Origin: an uncultured Nitrospinaceae bacterium
Lineage (GTDB): Bacteria; UBA8248
NCBI GenBank assembly: GCA_964005815.1
Contig: CAXFSR010000063.1
Span: forward strand, 1-64,000
DNA: 64,000 bases
Direction: 5' to 3'
The translations under genes were made by a program, and so were the position numbers. How positions within the stretch are numbered: the first letter of the stretch is position 1; the number at the start of each line of letters is the position of its first letter. Positions 41,114-50,394 of the stretch are shown here, in pieces. Below the pieces are notes generated by a model that was not told the origin of the DNA, searched no databases, and saw only the letters and a list, made by a program, of their open reading frames with translations.

Positions 41114-41184
41114 AGCGCATTCTTTCGAAAAGAAAGTGAATATATCATTTAGTAATTACTCGCATAAATTTTAAGTGGAACCTC

Positions 41185-42156
41185 ATGTCATCAATTACCA
41201 AAAAAAATGCACTTTGGATTTTCGAAACGATGCTTCGTATTCGTCGTTTTGAAGAAGCATCCATCGATCTCTTCACCAAAGGGGAACTCCCCGGGTTTTT
41301 ACATGCCTACATAGGCGAAGAAGCTGTTGCCTCTGGCATATGTGTTCATTTAACTCCCCGCGACCAAATTACTTCCACACACAGGGGACACGGACATATG
41401 ATTGCCAAAGGTCTCCATTATAAAGGAATGTTCTCAGAACTCTACGCAAAACAAACTGGATACTGTAAGGGCAAAGGCGGATCCATGCATATTGCCGATC
41501 AAGAACTTGGAGTCCTTGGAGCGAACGGAATTGTAGGTGGAGGAATCCCTATTGCTGCAGGTGCTGCTCTGGGCCTCAAACTACAAAAAACAAAAGATAT
41601 AGCAGTCTGTTTTTTTGGTGACGGAGCAAGTAACGAAGGAGCGTTCCACGAAGGAATCAATCTTGCCTCTACATGGAAACTTCCCGTTGTCTTTGTTTGT
41701 GAAAACAATGGATTTGCAGAAAGCACACCGCAAAAGAATCACCAATCTGTTTCAGACATTGCAGACAGAGCTAAATCCTACAATATTCCAGGCATTGTCG
41801 CAGATGGCATGGATCCTATGTCTATTTATGAAATAGCAGGAGAGGCTATCAAAAGAGCGAGAAGTGGAAAAGGTCCTACACTTATCGAAGCAAAAACTAT
41901 GCGTTTCTTAGGACATTACGTAGGAGACCCTGGCACAGCCTATGGTCATGACAAAGTCGTTGGTAAATGGAAAAAAATGGATCCCATCGTGACCTTTGAA
42001 GATTTCCTTAAAGAAAAAAAATGGATCGCCGATGATCACAAAGAAAAATTAATTAGTTCTATCAATCAGGAAATTGAGGAAGCTATTCTTTTTGCAAAAG
42101 AAAGTCCAGAACCTGATTTTGATGATGCGCTCGAAGATGTATATGCAGACTTATAA
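41185..42156 (+). CDS. ThDP-dependent dehydrogenase E1 alpha subunit (AcoA/PdhA type)
   Basis: GFLHAYIGEEA, STHRGHGH, GKGGSMH, FFGDGASNEG...ENN, GHYVGDP. Confidence 0.9.
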   Translation: MSSITKKNALWIFETMLRIRRFEEASIDLFTKGELPGFLHAYIGEEAVASGICVHLTPRDQITSTHRGHGHMIAKGLHYKGMFSELYAKQTGYCKGKGGSMHIADQELGVLGANGIVGGGIPIAAGAALGLKLQKTKDIAVCFFGDGASNEGAFHEGINLASTWKLPVVFVCENNGFAESTPQKNHQSVSDIADRAKSYNIPGIVADGMDPMSIYEIAGEAIKRARSGKGPTLIEAKTMRFLGHYVGDPGTAYGHDKVVGKWKKMDPIVTFEDFLKEKKWIADDHKEKLISSINQEIEEAILFAKESPEPDFDDALEDVYADL

Positions 42157-42168
42157 GAAAAAGAGACT

Positions 42169-43146
42169 ATGAGAGAAATACTCTATAGAGACGCGATTAT
42201 AGAAGCGTTAGATGAAGAAATGAAAAAGGACAAATCCGTCTTTCTTCTTGGCGAAGATATCGCTGAGTTTGGCGGTTCCTACAAAACGACTGCAGGTCTT
42301 TTTAAAAAATACGGAAAAGAAAGAGTGAGAAATACTCCTATCTCTGAACAAGGAATTGTAGGAGCGACATTAGGAGCAGCACTAGTTGGCATGAAACCTG
42401 TAGCAGAACTTATGTATATTGACTTTACTGCTGTGGCTATGGACCAAATTGTAAATCAGGTAGCCAAAGTACGTTATATGTTTGGAGGAAAAGCAAAGAC
42501 ATCACTCGTGATTCGAACTCAGGGAGGTGCGGGAAGAAGTTCAGCTGCCCAGCACGCACAAAGCCTAGAATCCTGGTTTGTTCATATCCCTGGACTGAAA
42601 GTAGTCATGCCCTCTTGCTCTTACGATGCTAAAGGTCTTCTAAAAAGTGCAATACGGGATCCAGATCCAGTACTTTTCATAGAACACAAACTTCTATACC
42701 TAGAGAAGGGACCAACACCAAAAAAAGAATATCTTGTTCCTATCGGCGTGGCAGAAGTAAAAAGAGAAGGCACAGACATTACCGTGGTAGCTACCTCCTC
42801 CATGGTACAAAAATCCATAGACGCAGCTGAGGAACTGGAAGAATCAGGGATTTCAGTAGAAGTCATAGATCCAAAAACTCTTTTTCCTTTAGACAAAGAA
42901 ACCATCCTTTCTTCCATTAGAAAAACAAACCGGCTTTTGATCACGCACGAAGCGGTAGAGAGATGTGGATGGGGAGCAGAAATTGCTGCTATAGCATCAA
43001 AAGAAGCTTTTGATTATTTAGATGCGCCGATAGAAAGAGTTGCCGCAAAAGAAACTCCCGTGCCCTTTTCGCCAAAGCTAGAAAATTTTATAATACCAAA
43101 TAAAGATGATGTAATAGAAGGTATAAAAAGAACCGTCCTTGGATAA
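42169..43146 (+). CDS. E1 beta subunit (AcoB/PdhB type)
   Basis: LLGEDI, NTPISEQG, AAQHAQSLE, FIEHK, LDAPIERV. Confidence 0.9.
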   Translation: MREILYRDAIIEALDEEMKKDKSVFLLGEDIAEFGGSYKTTAGLFKKYGKERVRNTPISEQGIVGATLGAALVGMKPVAELMYIDFTAVAMDQIVNQVAKVRYMFGGKAKTSLVIRTQGGAGRSSAAQHAQSLESWFVHIPGLKVVMPSCSYDAKGLLKSAIRDPDPVLFIEHKLLYLEKGPTPKKEYLVPIGVAEVKREGTDITVVATSSMVQKSIDAAEELEESGISVEVIDPKTLFPLDKETILSSIRKTNRLLITHEAVERCGWGAEIAAIASKEAFDYLDAPIERVAAKETPVPFSPKLENFIIPNKDDVIEGIKRTVLG

Positions 43147-43180
43147 GTTGAAAGTTTTCATCTTGTAAAGGAGTAATGTA

Positions 43181-44374
43181 ATGGCCACACAAATGCCCAT
43201 GCCGAAACTGGGTCTTACCATGGAAGAAGGTACGATTATTGCATGGAGAAAAGAAGAAGGCGATGCAGTCAAAAAAGGAGAAATTCTTTTAGATATCCAA
43301 ACAGACAAAGTAGAATACGAAGTAGAATCCCCAGACAACGGAATTCTACTAAAGAAAATTTTTGATGCTGACTCTGTAGTTCCCTGCGGTGAAAACATAG
43401 CCGTTATTGGAGCAAAAGGAGAAAAAGTTGATTCCGCAACCCCTGCTCCAAAAGCCGAAAAAGGAAAAGAACGTGTGAAAGAAGAATCAAGTAATGTTAA
43501 TCAAACAAAAGCGGCCGCACCTGTGGGCAATAGAATCTTCGCTAGTCCTGCTGCAAAAAGGTTGGCAAAAGAGTTAGGGGTAGATTACACAACCGTACAG
43601 GGTTCAGGACCAAACGGAAGAATTATATTAAAAGATATTGAGGGTGCTTCTAAACAAACTGCCCCTGTCGTTTCCCAAGAAGTTTCTTATGGAACTGAAC
43701 CTGTTTCACCCATGAGAAAAGTAGTTGCACAAAGAATGTCTGAAAGCTGGTCGAATGTAGCTAGAATCACGTTGCAATCTGAGGTAGATATTACCAACCT
43801 ACTTGCGGTAAGAAATGCAAGTAGCCAGGCATGGGAAACAGATCTTGGCGTAAAAATTTCAATAAACGATTTGATTCTTTTCTACACCGCAAGAGCTATT
43901 CAAAAATGTCCTGCTGTGAACGTGAAGTTTTTGGGAGACACTATCGAACGTGCTGAACAAATCAATATCGGGGTAGCCGTAGCTTTAGAAGATGGATTGA
44001 TAGTCCCTGTACTTAAAAATGCAGATCAAAAAAGTATCGATGCCATATCTTCAGAAACCAATGTATTGGCAACTGCTGCTAGAAACGGAACTTTGGAACC
44101 AGATTCTCTGCAAGGGGGAACGTTCACCGTGACGAATCTAGGTGCCTACGGAGTCGACCATTTCTCTGCGATTATCAATTATCCAGAAAGTGCTATTTTA
44201 TCTGTCGGGGCAGCAAGAGAAAGAGCTGTAGTCAGAAACGGAGAAGTTGTACCAGGTACCACAGCCTACTTTGGGATCAACTGTGACCACCGCATTATCG
44301 ACGGCGCTCCAGCAGCAGAGTTTCTAAAAACGCTAAAAGAGATGCTGGAACATCCGAAAGTCATGCCTGCATAA
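43181..44374 (+). CDS. Dihydrolipoamide acyltransferase E2 (one lipoyl domain)
   Basis: MPKLGLTMEEG, QTDKV lipoyl-Lys, ASPAAKRLA E3-binding domain, DHRIIDGA. Confidence 0.92.
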   Translation: MATQMPMPKLGLTMEEGTIIAWRKEEGDAVKKGEILLDIQTDKVEYEVESPDNGILLKKIFDADSVVPCGENIAVIGAKGEKVDSATPAPKAEKGKERVKEESSNVNQTKAAAPVGNRIFASPAAKRLAKELGVDYTTVQGSGPNGRIILKDIEGASKQTAPVVSQEVSYGTEPVSPMRKVVAQRMSESWSNVARITLQSEVDITNLLAVRNASSQAWETDLGVKISINDLILFYTARAIQKCPAVNVKFLGDTIERAEQINIGVAVALEDGLIVPVLKNADQKSIDAISSETNVLATAARNGTLEPDSLQGGTFTVTNLGAYGVDHFSAIINYPESAILSVGAARERAVVRNGEVVPGTTAYFGINCDHRIIDGAPAAEFLKTLKEMLEHPKVMPA

Positions 44375-44400
44375 ACCAGCAATTAGAAACAAGAATATTT

Positions 44401-44427
44401 TTTTCATCACTCCCAAAAAGATGAAAA
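44401..44427. terminator. Possible bidirectional hairpin between convergent genes
   Basis: TTTTCATC-11 nt-GATGAAAA inverted repeat; AT-rich, so weak. Confidence 0.3.
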
Positions 44428-45159
44428 TCATTTACTATGTTTTCTAAAAAAACGAACTGTTCTTTTCAGCGCATCTTTGTCTGTTTTTTCGTCGTATTCA
44501 TATTTTCTGCTTCTTTTTGCATCCCATGCATGATCTATATTTTCATATACATGAATCACTAGTTTTCCTCCCCGGTCTTTGATATCTGACCAGGCATCGT
44601 GCGCAAAATCGATCTTTTGGGTGGAATCGGAATCCCCGTGCAAAGCAAGAAGCGGAGTACTGTTTTTACTAAAATATTCCATGGGATATTCATTTGTCAT
44701 GTCCGGTCCAAAATTGGCTTTCCAGACCCCGTAGTGAGATGCTCCTGCATTCACCACGCCTTTCCCTGTAAGAAAACAAGCCCAAAATCCTCCATTAGAA
44801 AAACCGGCAGTAAAAATATTATTTTTATCTATCTTCGGATCTTTCTTCATTAAAGCAACAATTTCAAGAAGTTCCTTTTCAATAGGCTCTCTATATTCAT
44901 CAAACGTTTCCATACGGTTTGAACTCGAGATACCGTGCTTTTTGAAAAAATCTGGGGCATACACAGCAAAACCATTTTTAATATATTTTGGAATCTGTTT
45001 TCGGACTGTCTTGAATCCGCCGCTTGTATGTAAAAGGATTACCGCAGGAAATTTCTTATCCCCGGATGGATACTGCACCTTGTGATAAATAGGTTCAGAT
45101 GACAACAAAAAGATTGGAGCAAGAAAAAAAGCCAAAAAGAAAACTAAAATCTTCTGCAT
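44428..45159 (-). CDS. Secreted dienelactone-hydrolase-family alpha/beta hydrolase
   Basis: Hydrophobic signal peptide, GFSNGG nucleophile elbow (Ser), LHGDSD, DHAW triad His. Confidence 0.8.
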   Translation of the reverse strand: MQKILVFFLAFFLAPIFLLSSEPIYHKVQYPSGDKKFPAVILLHTSGGFKTVRKQIPKYIKNGFAVYAPDFFKKHGISSSNRMETFDEYREPIEKELLEIVALMKKDPKIDKNNIFTAGFSNGGFWACFLTGKGVVNAGASHYGVWKANFGPDMTNEYPMEYFSKNSTPLLALHGDSDSTQKIDFAHDAWSDIKDRGGKLVIHVYENIDHAWDAKRSRKYEYDEKTDKDALKRTVRFFRKHSK

Positions 45160-45205
45160 ACAAGTTCCTTTTTTCTAAAGAAAAGAAAAATAATGTATAG
45201 ATTTC

Positions 45206-46276
45206 CTAAGGTGTCAGCATTACTCTCATGACACGGTCTTCCCTTGCCTGGAACATTCTCATTGCTTCCTCAAATTCAGAGAGAGGAAAACTATGTGTAA
45301 GCATTTTATCAGTTTGAATGTGCCCGTCTGCAATAATCTGTATGGCACGAGGATAACAGTTTGGAGAACCTCTTCCTCCAAACACAGAAATTTCATCTAG
45401 CACAATACGGTCTGTATTGAAAGAAACCTCTTCTCCACCATTAATTCCTTCTAAGACTACACGTCCACCCCTTCGGACCATATCCACTGCTTCCCTCATC
45501 GTACTTACTGGACCAGCACACTCAACGCTTAGGTCTACTCCTTTTCCATTCGTATGCTCCATTACTACTTCTACTGGATTCTCTTTCGTAATATCAATCA
45601 CGACATCCGCGCCAAGTTCTTTTGCAATTTCGAGTCTATACCCTCTTCCAGTTACGTATGTTTTGGATGCACCTAAATATTTTACAAGCTGCAAAACTGA
45701 AAGCCCCAAAAGACCAGGTCCAAGAATCGCAACCTCATCAGCAGGGTAAATTTTTCCTCTATCCAGAGCATGCAGCGCAATCACTACCTGATTCACAATC
45801 ACCGCATCTTCCCAGGTCATTTTTTTAGGCATTTTATGTAAATTATTTGGAGGAGCTAATCCATACTCACTGAATGCTCCATTTGCAGTATGTCCAAGAA
45901 GTTTGTACCCACCGTCTTTTTTTGATGCATTCTCGCAAAGATGATACTCACCCGCTATACACATCGCACACGAGGAACAACCAACTGTAGGCTCCATAAT
46001 CACCCTGTCCCCAATCTCCAAATCGGTCCGCACATCCTTTCCAATACCAGCAATTGTACCGCACCATTCGTGCCCCTGTATAAAGGGATAATAAGGGGGC
46101 CACATAGGCCGCATATGCCCTCCTAAAATATGCGTATCGGTACCGCAGATTCCGCACGCAGCCACTTTCACAAGAACATTGCTGGGTTCAAAATCAGGAA
46201 CTGGCACTTCTTTGTACTCAAAATCGTTTGGGCCATTTGTCACAATCGCATGCATAATTTTTGGTACATCATTCAT
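45206..46276 (-). CDS. Zn-dependent alcohol/sugar-alcohol dehydrogenase (MDR)
   Basis: CGICGTD, GHE, CSSCAMC..C, GPGLLG. Confidence 0.88.
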   Translation of the reverse strand: MNDVPKIMHAIVTNGPNDFEYKEVPVPDFEPSNVLVKVAACGICGTDTHILGGHMRPMWPPYYPFIQGHEWCGTIAGIGKDVRTDLEIGDRVIMEPTVGCSSCAMCIAGEYHLCENASKKDGGYKLLGHTANGAFSEYGLAPPNNLHKMPKKMTWEDAVIVNQVVIALHALDRGKIYPADEVAILGPGLLGLSVLQLVKYLGASKTYVTGRGYRLEIAKELGADVVIDITKENPVEVVMEHTNGKGVDLSVECAGPVSTMREAVDMVRRGGRVVLEGINGGEEVSFNTDRIVLDEISVFGGRGSPNCYPRAIQIIADGHIQTDKMLTHSFPLSEFEEAMRMFQAREDRVMRVMLTP

Positions 46277-46336
46277 GACATTACTCCACGAAAGGATTAG
46301 GGATAGAAACAGGATAGCAGAATTTTAACCCGTTTC

Positions 46337-46978
46337 TCAAGGTGACTGTTGCCCCGCTTTCCTGTCTGGTCTTTGCATTGCAAAAATATCCTGTGTGCGG
46401 CAATAGTCATTACCAGCAAGTCTTCCAACAGGTTCTAATTTGACAGGATCTATATATTTGCCTTCTTCCATAGCGACGTCTTTTCGAATATGCCAGCAAA
46501 GCACTTCTCCAATCACTAGATTCACTTTATGACCAACTCCATTGGTAATCATATGTCGGAATTCACATTCCATAGCCACAGGAATATTCTCTACCCTAGG
46601 AGCTGGAACATTATCGGAAGGAACAGCATTCAAACCCGCCTCCTTAAACTCATCAATATTTGACGGAAAATTATCTGCTGAAATATTCATTTGGTCTTCA
46701 AACCCATTTGACACAACGTGAATCACATACCCTTTGCTTTCAAGAATATTGTTAGTTGTATCTTTTAATAAATCTGTACTTTTTCCTACAGAAATCGAAA
46801 CAAGTGGAGGATCCTGCCCTACACATGTGAAGAAGGAAAAGGGAGCTAAATTCGCTACCCCGTCACTACTGATAGTACTTACCCACGCTATGGGTCTTGG
46901 CACGATAGTTCCTACCATCAATCTGTAATTTTGTCTAAAATCATTATCAGCGGCATTGATCTTATAATATTCATTCAT
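46337..46978 (-). CDS. Flavin reductase-like FMN-binding protein
   Basis: IVPRPIAWVST, NLAPFSFF, KDT..NI, VGRLAG..Y. Confidence 0.88.
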   Translation of the reverse strand: MNEYYKINAADNDFRQNYRLMVGTIVPRPIAWVSTISSDGVANLAPFSFFTCVGQDPPLVSISVGKSTDLLKDTTNNILESKGYVIHVVSNGFEDQMNISADNFPSNIDEFKEAGLNAVPSDNVPAPRVENIPVAMECEFRHMITNGVGHKVNLVIGEVLCWHIRKDVAMEEGKYIDPVKLEPVGRLAGNDYCRTQDIFAMQRPDRKAGQQSP

Positions 46979-47009
46979 ACCATCTTTCCCCCATTAAAAA
47001 TAAATATTT

Positions 47010-49151
47010 TTAATTTTTATCGTCAAAAAATTCATAAACAAACCCATCTGGATCATCCGGATCTGCAGGTCTGGTCCAATTGTCACTTTCATAATCTGTA
47101 TTTGCGAAACTGTTATCCGATGAACTCTCATCAAGTAGAGTCCATCTCTCATATAAAGAATCAGGCAATTCTTTCACAAAACGCGAAAGCCTGGAAAATC
47201 CACTTTGCTTGTACATATTCGTTTCAAGCATAGGTTGACATAAGAACAAGTGGTCCTTTGCTCTTGTAACAGATACATAGAAAAGTCTTCTCTCCTCTTC
47301 TTCCCCGGCTTCTGTACCAAGCGATCTTGCTGAAGGAAAACGAGAATCTGTGAGCCACAAAACAAACACTGCTTTCCACTCTAACCCTTTTGATTGATGA
47401 ATCGTACTTAGGATAACAGACTCTCCCTCGTCAAACTTATTTTCTTGTTCTGTATTTTCTATTCCAAATGTACCCATGAGTGCGAGTTCTGCGAGAAAGT
47501 CTTCCACACTATTATAATTTAATGCAAATTCAGAGAGTTGGTTGATATCATCGATTCGAGAATCAGCATTATCAAAAGTCAGTTCAATATAATTTCTGTA
47601 AAACTTTGACAAAACCACGCTAATCATTTCAGAAGGAGAACCCACATTATCACTCTTTCCTTTAGACACATTACATTGAGACTGGAGCAATGCAGTCAAT
47701 TCGACAAAATGTTTCCAGGAATCTTTTGCACGTTTAGGAATAGTCATATTCTCTTGCACAAAATCCAATTGCAGTGGATTATCAGAATTACGAACCAAAT
47801 CCCATATTTTTGTCGCTGTTGTATTTCCAATACCTGAAAGTAAATTCAAAGCACGTTTCCAAGCAAGTTCATCTGTTGGACAATTCACAAAACGCAAAAA
47901 TGAAATCACGTCTTTAACATGCCTACTCTCATTAAATCGAAGACCGCTTCGTATCTCAAAGGGTATAGAACGCCTAGTAAGTTCCATTTGCAATTCAATA
48001 GAGTGATAATGTGCACGATACAAAATCGCTATATCAGACAAAGAAATTCCTTCATCCTTAAGTTCTAATATTTTTTGTGCCACAAATTCACTCTGTTGCA
48101 AGACATCCTGACACAACGCTAACACCGGGAGTTCACCTTCTTTTTTAATGCTACGAAGTTCTTTTGGATACTGTTTAGTATTATTTGTAATAGATGCATT
48201 TGCTAATTCTAAAATAGGATTCGTACTACGATAATTTTCTTCCAATTTAAAAACTTTAGTTCCAGGATACCTTTCAGGAAAGGTAACAATATTTTCAAAA
48301 TAAGCACCACGAAAACTATAAATGCTTTGCGCATCGTCACCTACAACAGTTAAATTTTTCCATTTACCAGACAGAAGATCTATAATTCTCGCCTGAATCT
48401 TATTGGTATCTTGATATTCGTCTACCAGGACGTACTTAAATCGATTCTGAAAAACTTCCAGAACTTCCTCATTTTCCTCTAAGAGTAAACTTGTGTTAGA
48501 AAGAAGATCAGAGAAATCCATAATATTCAACTCTTTTTTTCTTCTCTTAAATAATTCCTGTATATTCTTTATAACTGATATATTTTCAATAAGATATGGA
48601 TAATCTCTACAAATCAGATTAGCTATTTCCATTTCAGTATCCGCTGAAAACGATAGGATAGATTCGATGACATTCGGCTTAGGAAAATTCTTGTCTTTAG
48701 GATTTACTTTTGCCTGAACTATACAATCTTTAATCAAATCAGTAGAATCTTCTCGATCCATAATAGAAAAATTCCTATCAAATCCTATAAGATGCGCATA
48801 CTGCCTAAGAATGAGATTTCCTATATGATGAAACGTACCACCGAAAACACTACGTAAATCACCCTTAATCAAACTAGAAGAACGTAAAAGCATTTCTTTT
48901 GCAGCTTTATTCGTAAAAGTAGCAAGAAGTATTGCACTTGGCGGAACGCCCTCATCAACAAGCCTTGCGAGACGATAAACGATTGTATGAGTCTTCCCGC
49001 TTCCAGCACCTGCAATTACCAAAAGTGGACCTTCCCCTGCCATGACAACTTCATATTGCTGAGGATTTAAAACTGAAGAATAATCCAGAGAGGATTTTTT
49101 GGAAGTCACATCTCTTTTTACAACATAAGTTTTGTTTTTCTTCTCACTCAT
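47010..49151 (-). CDS. UvrD/PcrA/Rep-family SF1 DNA helicase
   Basis: AGAGSGKT, TFTNKAA, VDEYQDTN, VGDDAQSIY, LEENYRS, STIHQSKGLEW, EEERRLFYV; start placed at ATG 49151. Confidence 0.92.
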   Translation of the reverse strand: MSEKKNKTYVVKRDVTSKKSSLDYSSVLNPQQYEVVMAGEGPLLVIAGAGSGKTHTIVYRLARLVDEGVPPSAILLATFTNKAAKEMLLRSSSLIKGDLRSVFGGTFHHIGNLILRQYAHLIGFDRNFSIMDREDSTDLIKDCIVQAKVNPKDKNFPKPNVIESILSFSADTEMEIANLICRDYPYLIENISVIKNIQELFKRRKKELNIMDFSDLLSNTSLLLEENEEVLEVFQNRFKYVLVDEYQDTNKIQARIIDLLSGKWKNLTVVGDDAQSIYSFRGAYFENIVTFPERYPGTKVFKLEENYRSTNPILELANASITNNTKQYPKELRSIKKEGELPVLALCQDVLQQSEFVAQKILELKDEGISLSDIAILYRAHYHSIELQMELTRRSIPFEIRSGLRFNESRHVKDVISFLRFVNCPTDELAWKRALNLLSGIGNTTATKIWDLVRNSDNPLQLDFVQENMTIPKRAKDSWKHFVELTALLQSQCNVSKGKSDNVGSPSEMISVVLSKFYRNYIELTFDNADSRIDDINQLSEFALNYNSVEDFLAELALMGTFGIENTEQENKFDEGESVILSTIHQSKGLEWKAVFVLWLTDSRFPSARSLGTEAGEEEERRLFYVSVTRAKDHLFLCQPMLETNMYKQSGFSRLSRFVKELPDSLYERWTLLDESSSDNSFANTDYESDNWTRPADPDDPDGFVYEFFDDKN

Positions 49152-49174
49152 TTTTGTTCCAATATATTTGGACA

Positions 49175-49786
49175 CTAGGAGAGATGGGACAAATCGTTCA
49201 TCGTTACCACGCTCCAACCTCGCATCGAATCATGTTCTATTATATTCACAGACGCGTTGTGTTGCCTGAATTTTCTAAATTCATTTAAGGATACACCTAA
49301 AATTTTAGATAGAATACAAATTATCGCAAGATTATGACTTACAATCAAAATCGGCTTTTCCTCATCAAAAAATTCGTTATATATATTTTCAATTCCTGCC
49401 CAAGCTCTTTCTTGAAGTTCATGCAGAGTCTCCCCGCCAGGCATACGTACCTCTCCAGGCACAATTCTCCACTTAGAAGAAAACTCAGGAAATTGTTCTT
49501 GTATTTCTTGAAATTTCAAACCTTCAAGCTTTCCCTGATCTAATTCAGCAAAATTATCTTTTTTCGTAATGGCACTATGTTGAGACATTGAAATTATCTT
49601 TGCAGTTTCTATAGCTCTCTCTAATGGACTAGAGAAAAATTTAAGAAATTGGATTTTTTGAAGTTTAATTGCGAGGCTCTTTGCTTGATCTCTTCCTTTT
49701 TCATTCAACGGAACATCTGAAGCACCTTGTATACGGTTCTCGAAATTCCAAACTGTCTCACCATGCCTAACTAAATAAAGGCGCAA
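49175..49786 (-). CDS. Histidine phosphatase (GpmB/CobC-like)
   Basis: LVRHGET, SSPLERA, VSH; TTG start 6 nt after GGAG. Confidence 0.88.
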   Translation of the reverse strand: MRLYLVRHGETVWNFENRIQGASDVPLNEKGRDQAKSLAIKLQKIQFLKFFSSPLERAIETAKIISMSQHSAITKKDNFAELDQGKLEGLKFQEIQEQFPEFSSKWRIVPGEVRMPGGETLHELQERAWAGIENIYNEFFDEEKPILIVSHNLAIICILSKILGVSLNEFRKFRQHNASVNIIEHDSMRGWSVVTMNDLSHLS

Positions 49787-49833
49787 CACAAACTCCGATT
49801 CCTGAATCTTCAATTATATCTAGGCGGGTATTA

Positions 49834-50394
49834 CTAACTATCTTCTTTCAGAAAATCTCCAGGCTTCAAATTTTTCAACCAATCTTTAATTTGATCTTTG
49901 TCTTCTGCGATTTCATTTCCAGCAGATTCTGGAGATTCAAAATCTTTCACATCATCAGGAAAACCTTGGCTCTCATCAAGTTTGACAGGCTTATCAAAAT
50001 CTATACTTTTTGCTTCATCTAAAACTTTCTCATTCACATAAATAGGAGAACTAACTCTAATCGCCAAAGCAATTGCATCCGAAGGCCTAGAGTCAATAAC
50101 AATGTTCGTCCCGTTACTAGAAACATGAATTTGGGCATAAAAAGTATTGTCCTTCAATTCATTGACTACAATATGATCCACCTGTGAATTCAATTCTGTA
50201 ATTAAATTTTTCAGCAAATCATGCGTCATAGGACGTGGAGTTTCGAAATTTTCCATCTCCCTTGCAATCGCATGTGCTTCAAAAAGACCAACCCAAATAG
50301 GCAAAACTCTATCCCCGTCACTTTCCTCAAGAATTACAATAGGGACATTAGTCAATGGGTCTACTGCCAAACCTTTAATATTCATTTCTATCAT
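49834..50394 (-). CDS. Bifunctional nuclease family (DUF151)
   Basis: LPIWVG..EA, PRPMTHDL, DSRPSDAIALA; overlaps miaB stop. Confidence 0.9.
   Translation of the reverse strand: MIEMNIKGLAVDPLTNVPIVILEESDGDRVLPIWVGLFEAHAIAREMENFETPRPMTHDLLKNLITELNSQVDHIVVNELKDNTFYAQIHVSSNGTNIVIDSRPSDAIALAIRVSSPIYVNEKVLDEAKSIDFDKPVKLDESQGFPDDVKDFESPESAGNEIAEDKDQIKDWLKNLKPGDFLKEDS

Noticed and set aside
46290..46320. GGATAG-like triple repeat between the flavin reductase and dehydrogenase genes
   Set aside because: Short, imperfect and irregularly spaced; compatible with chance
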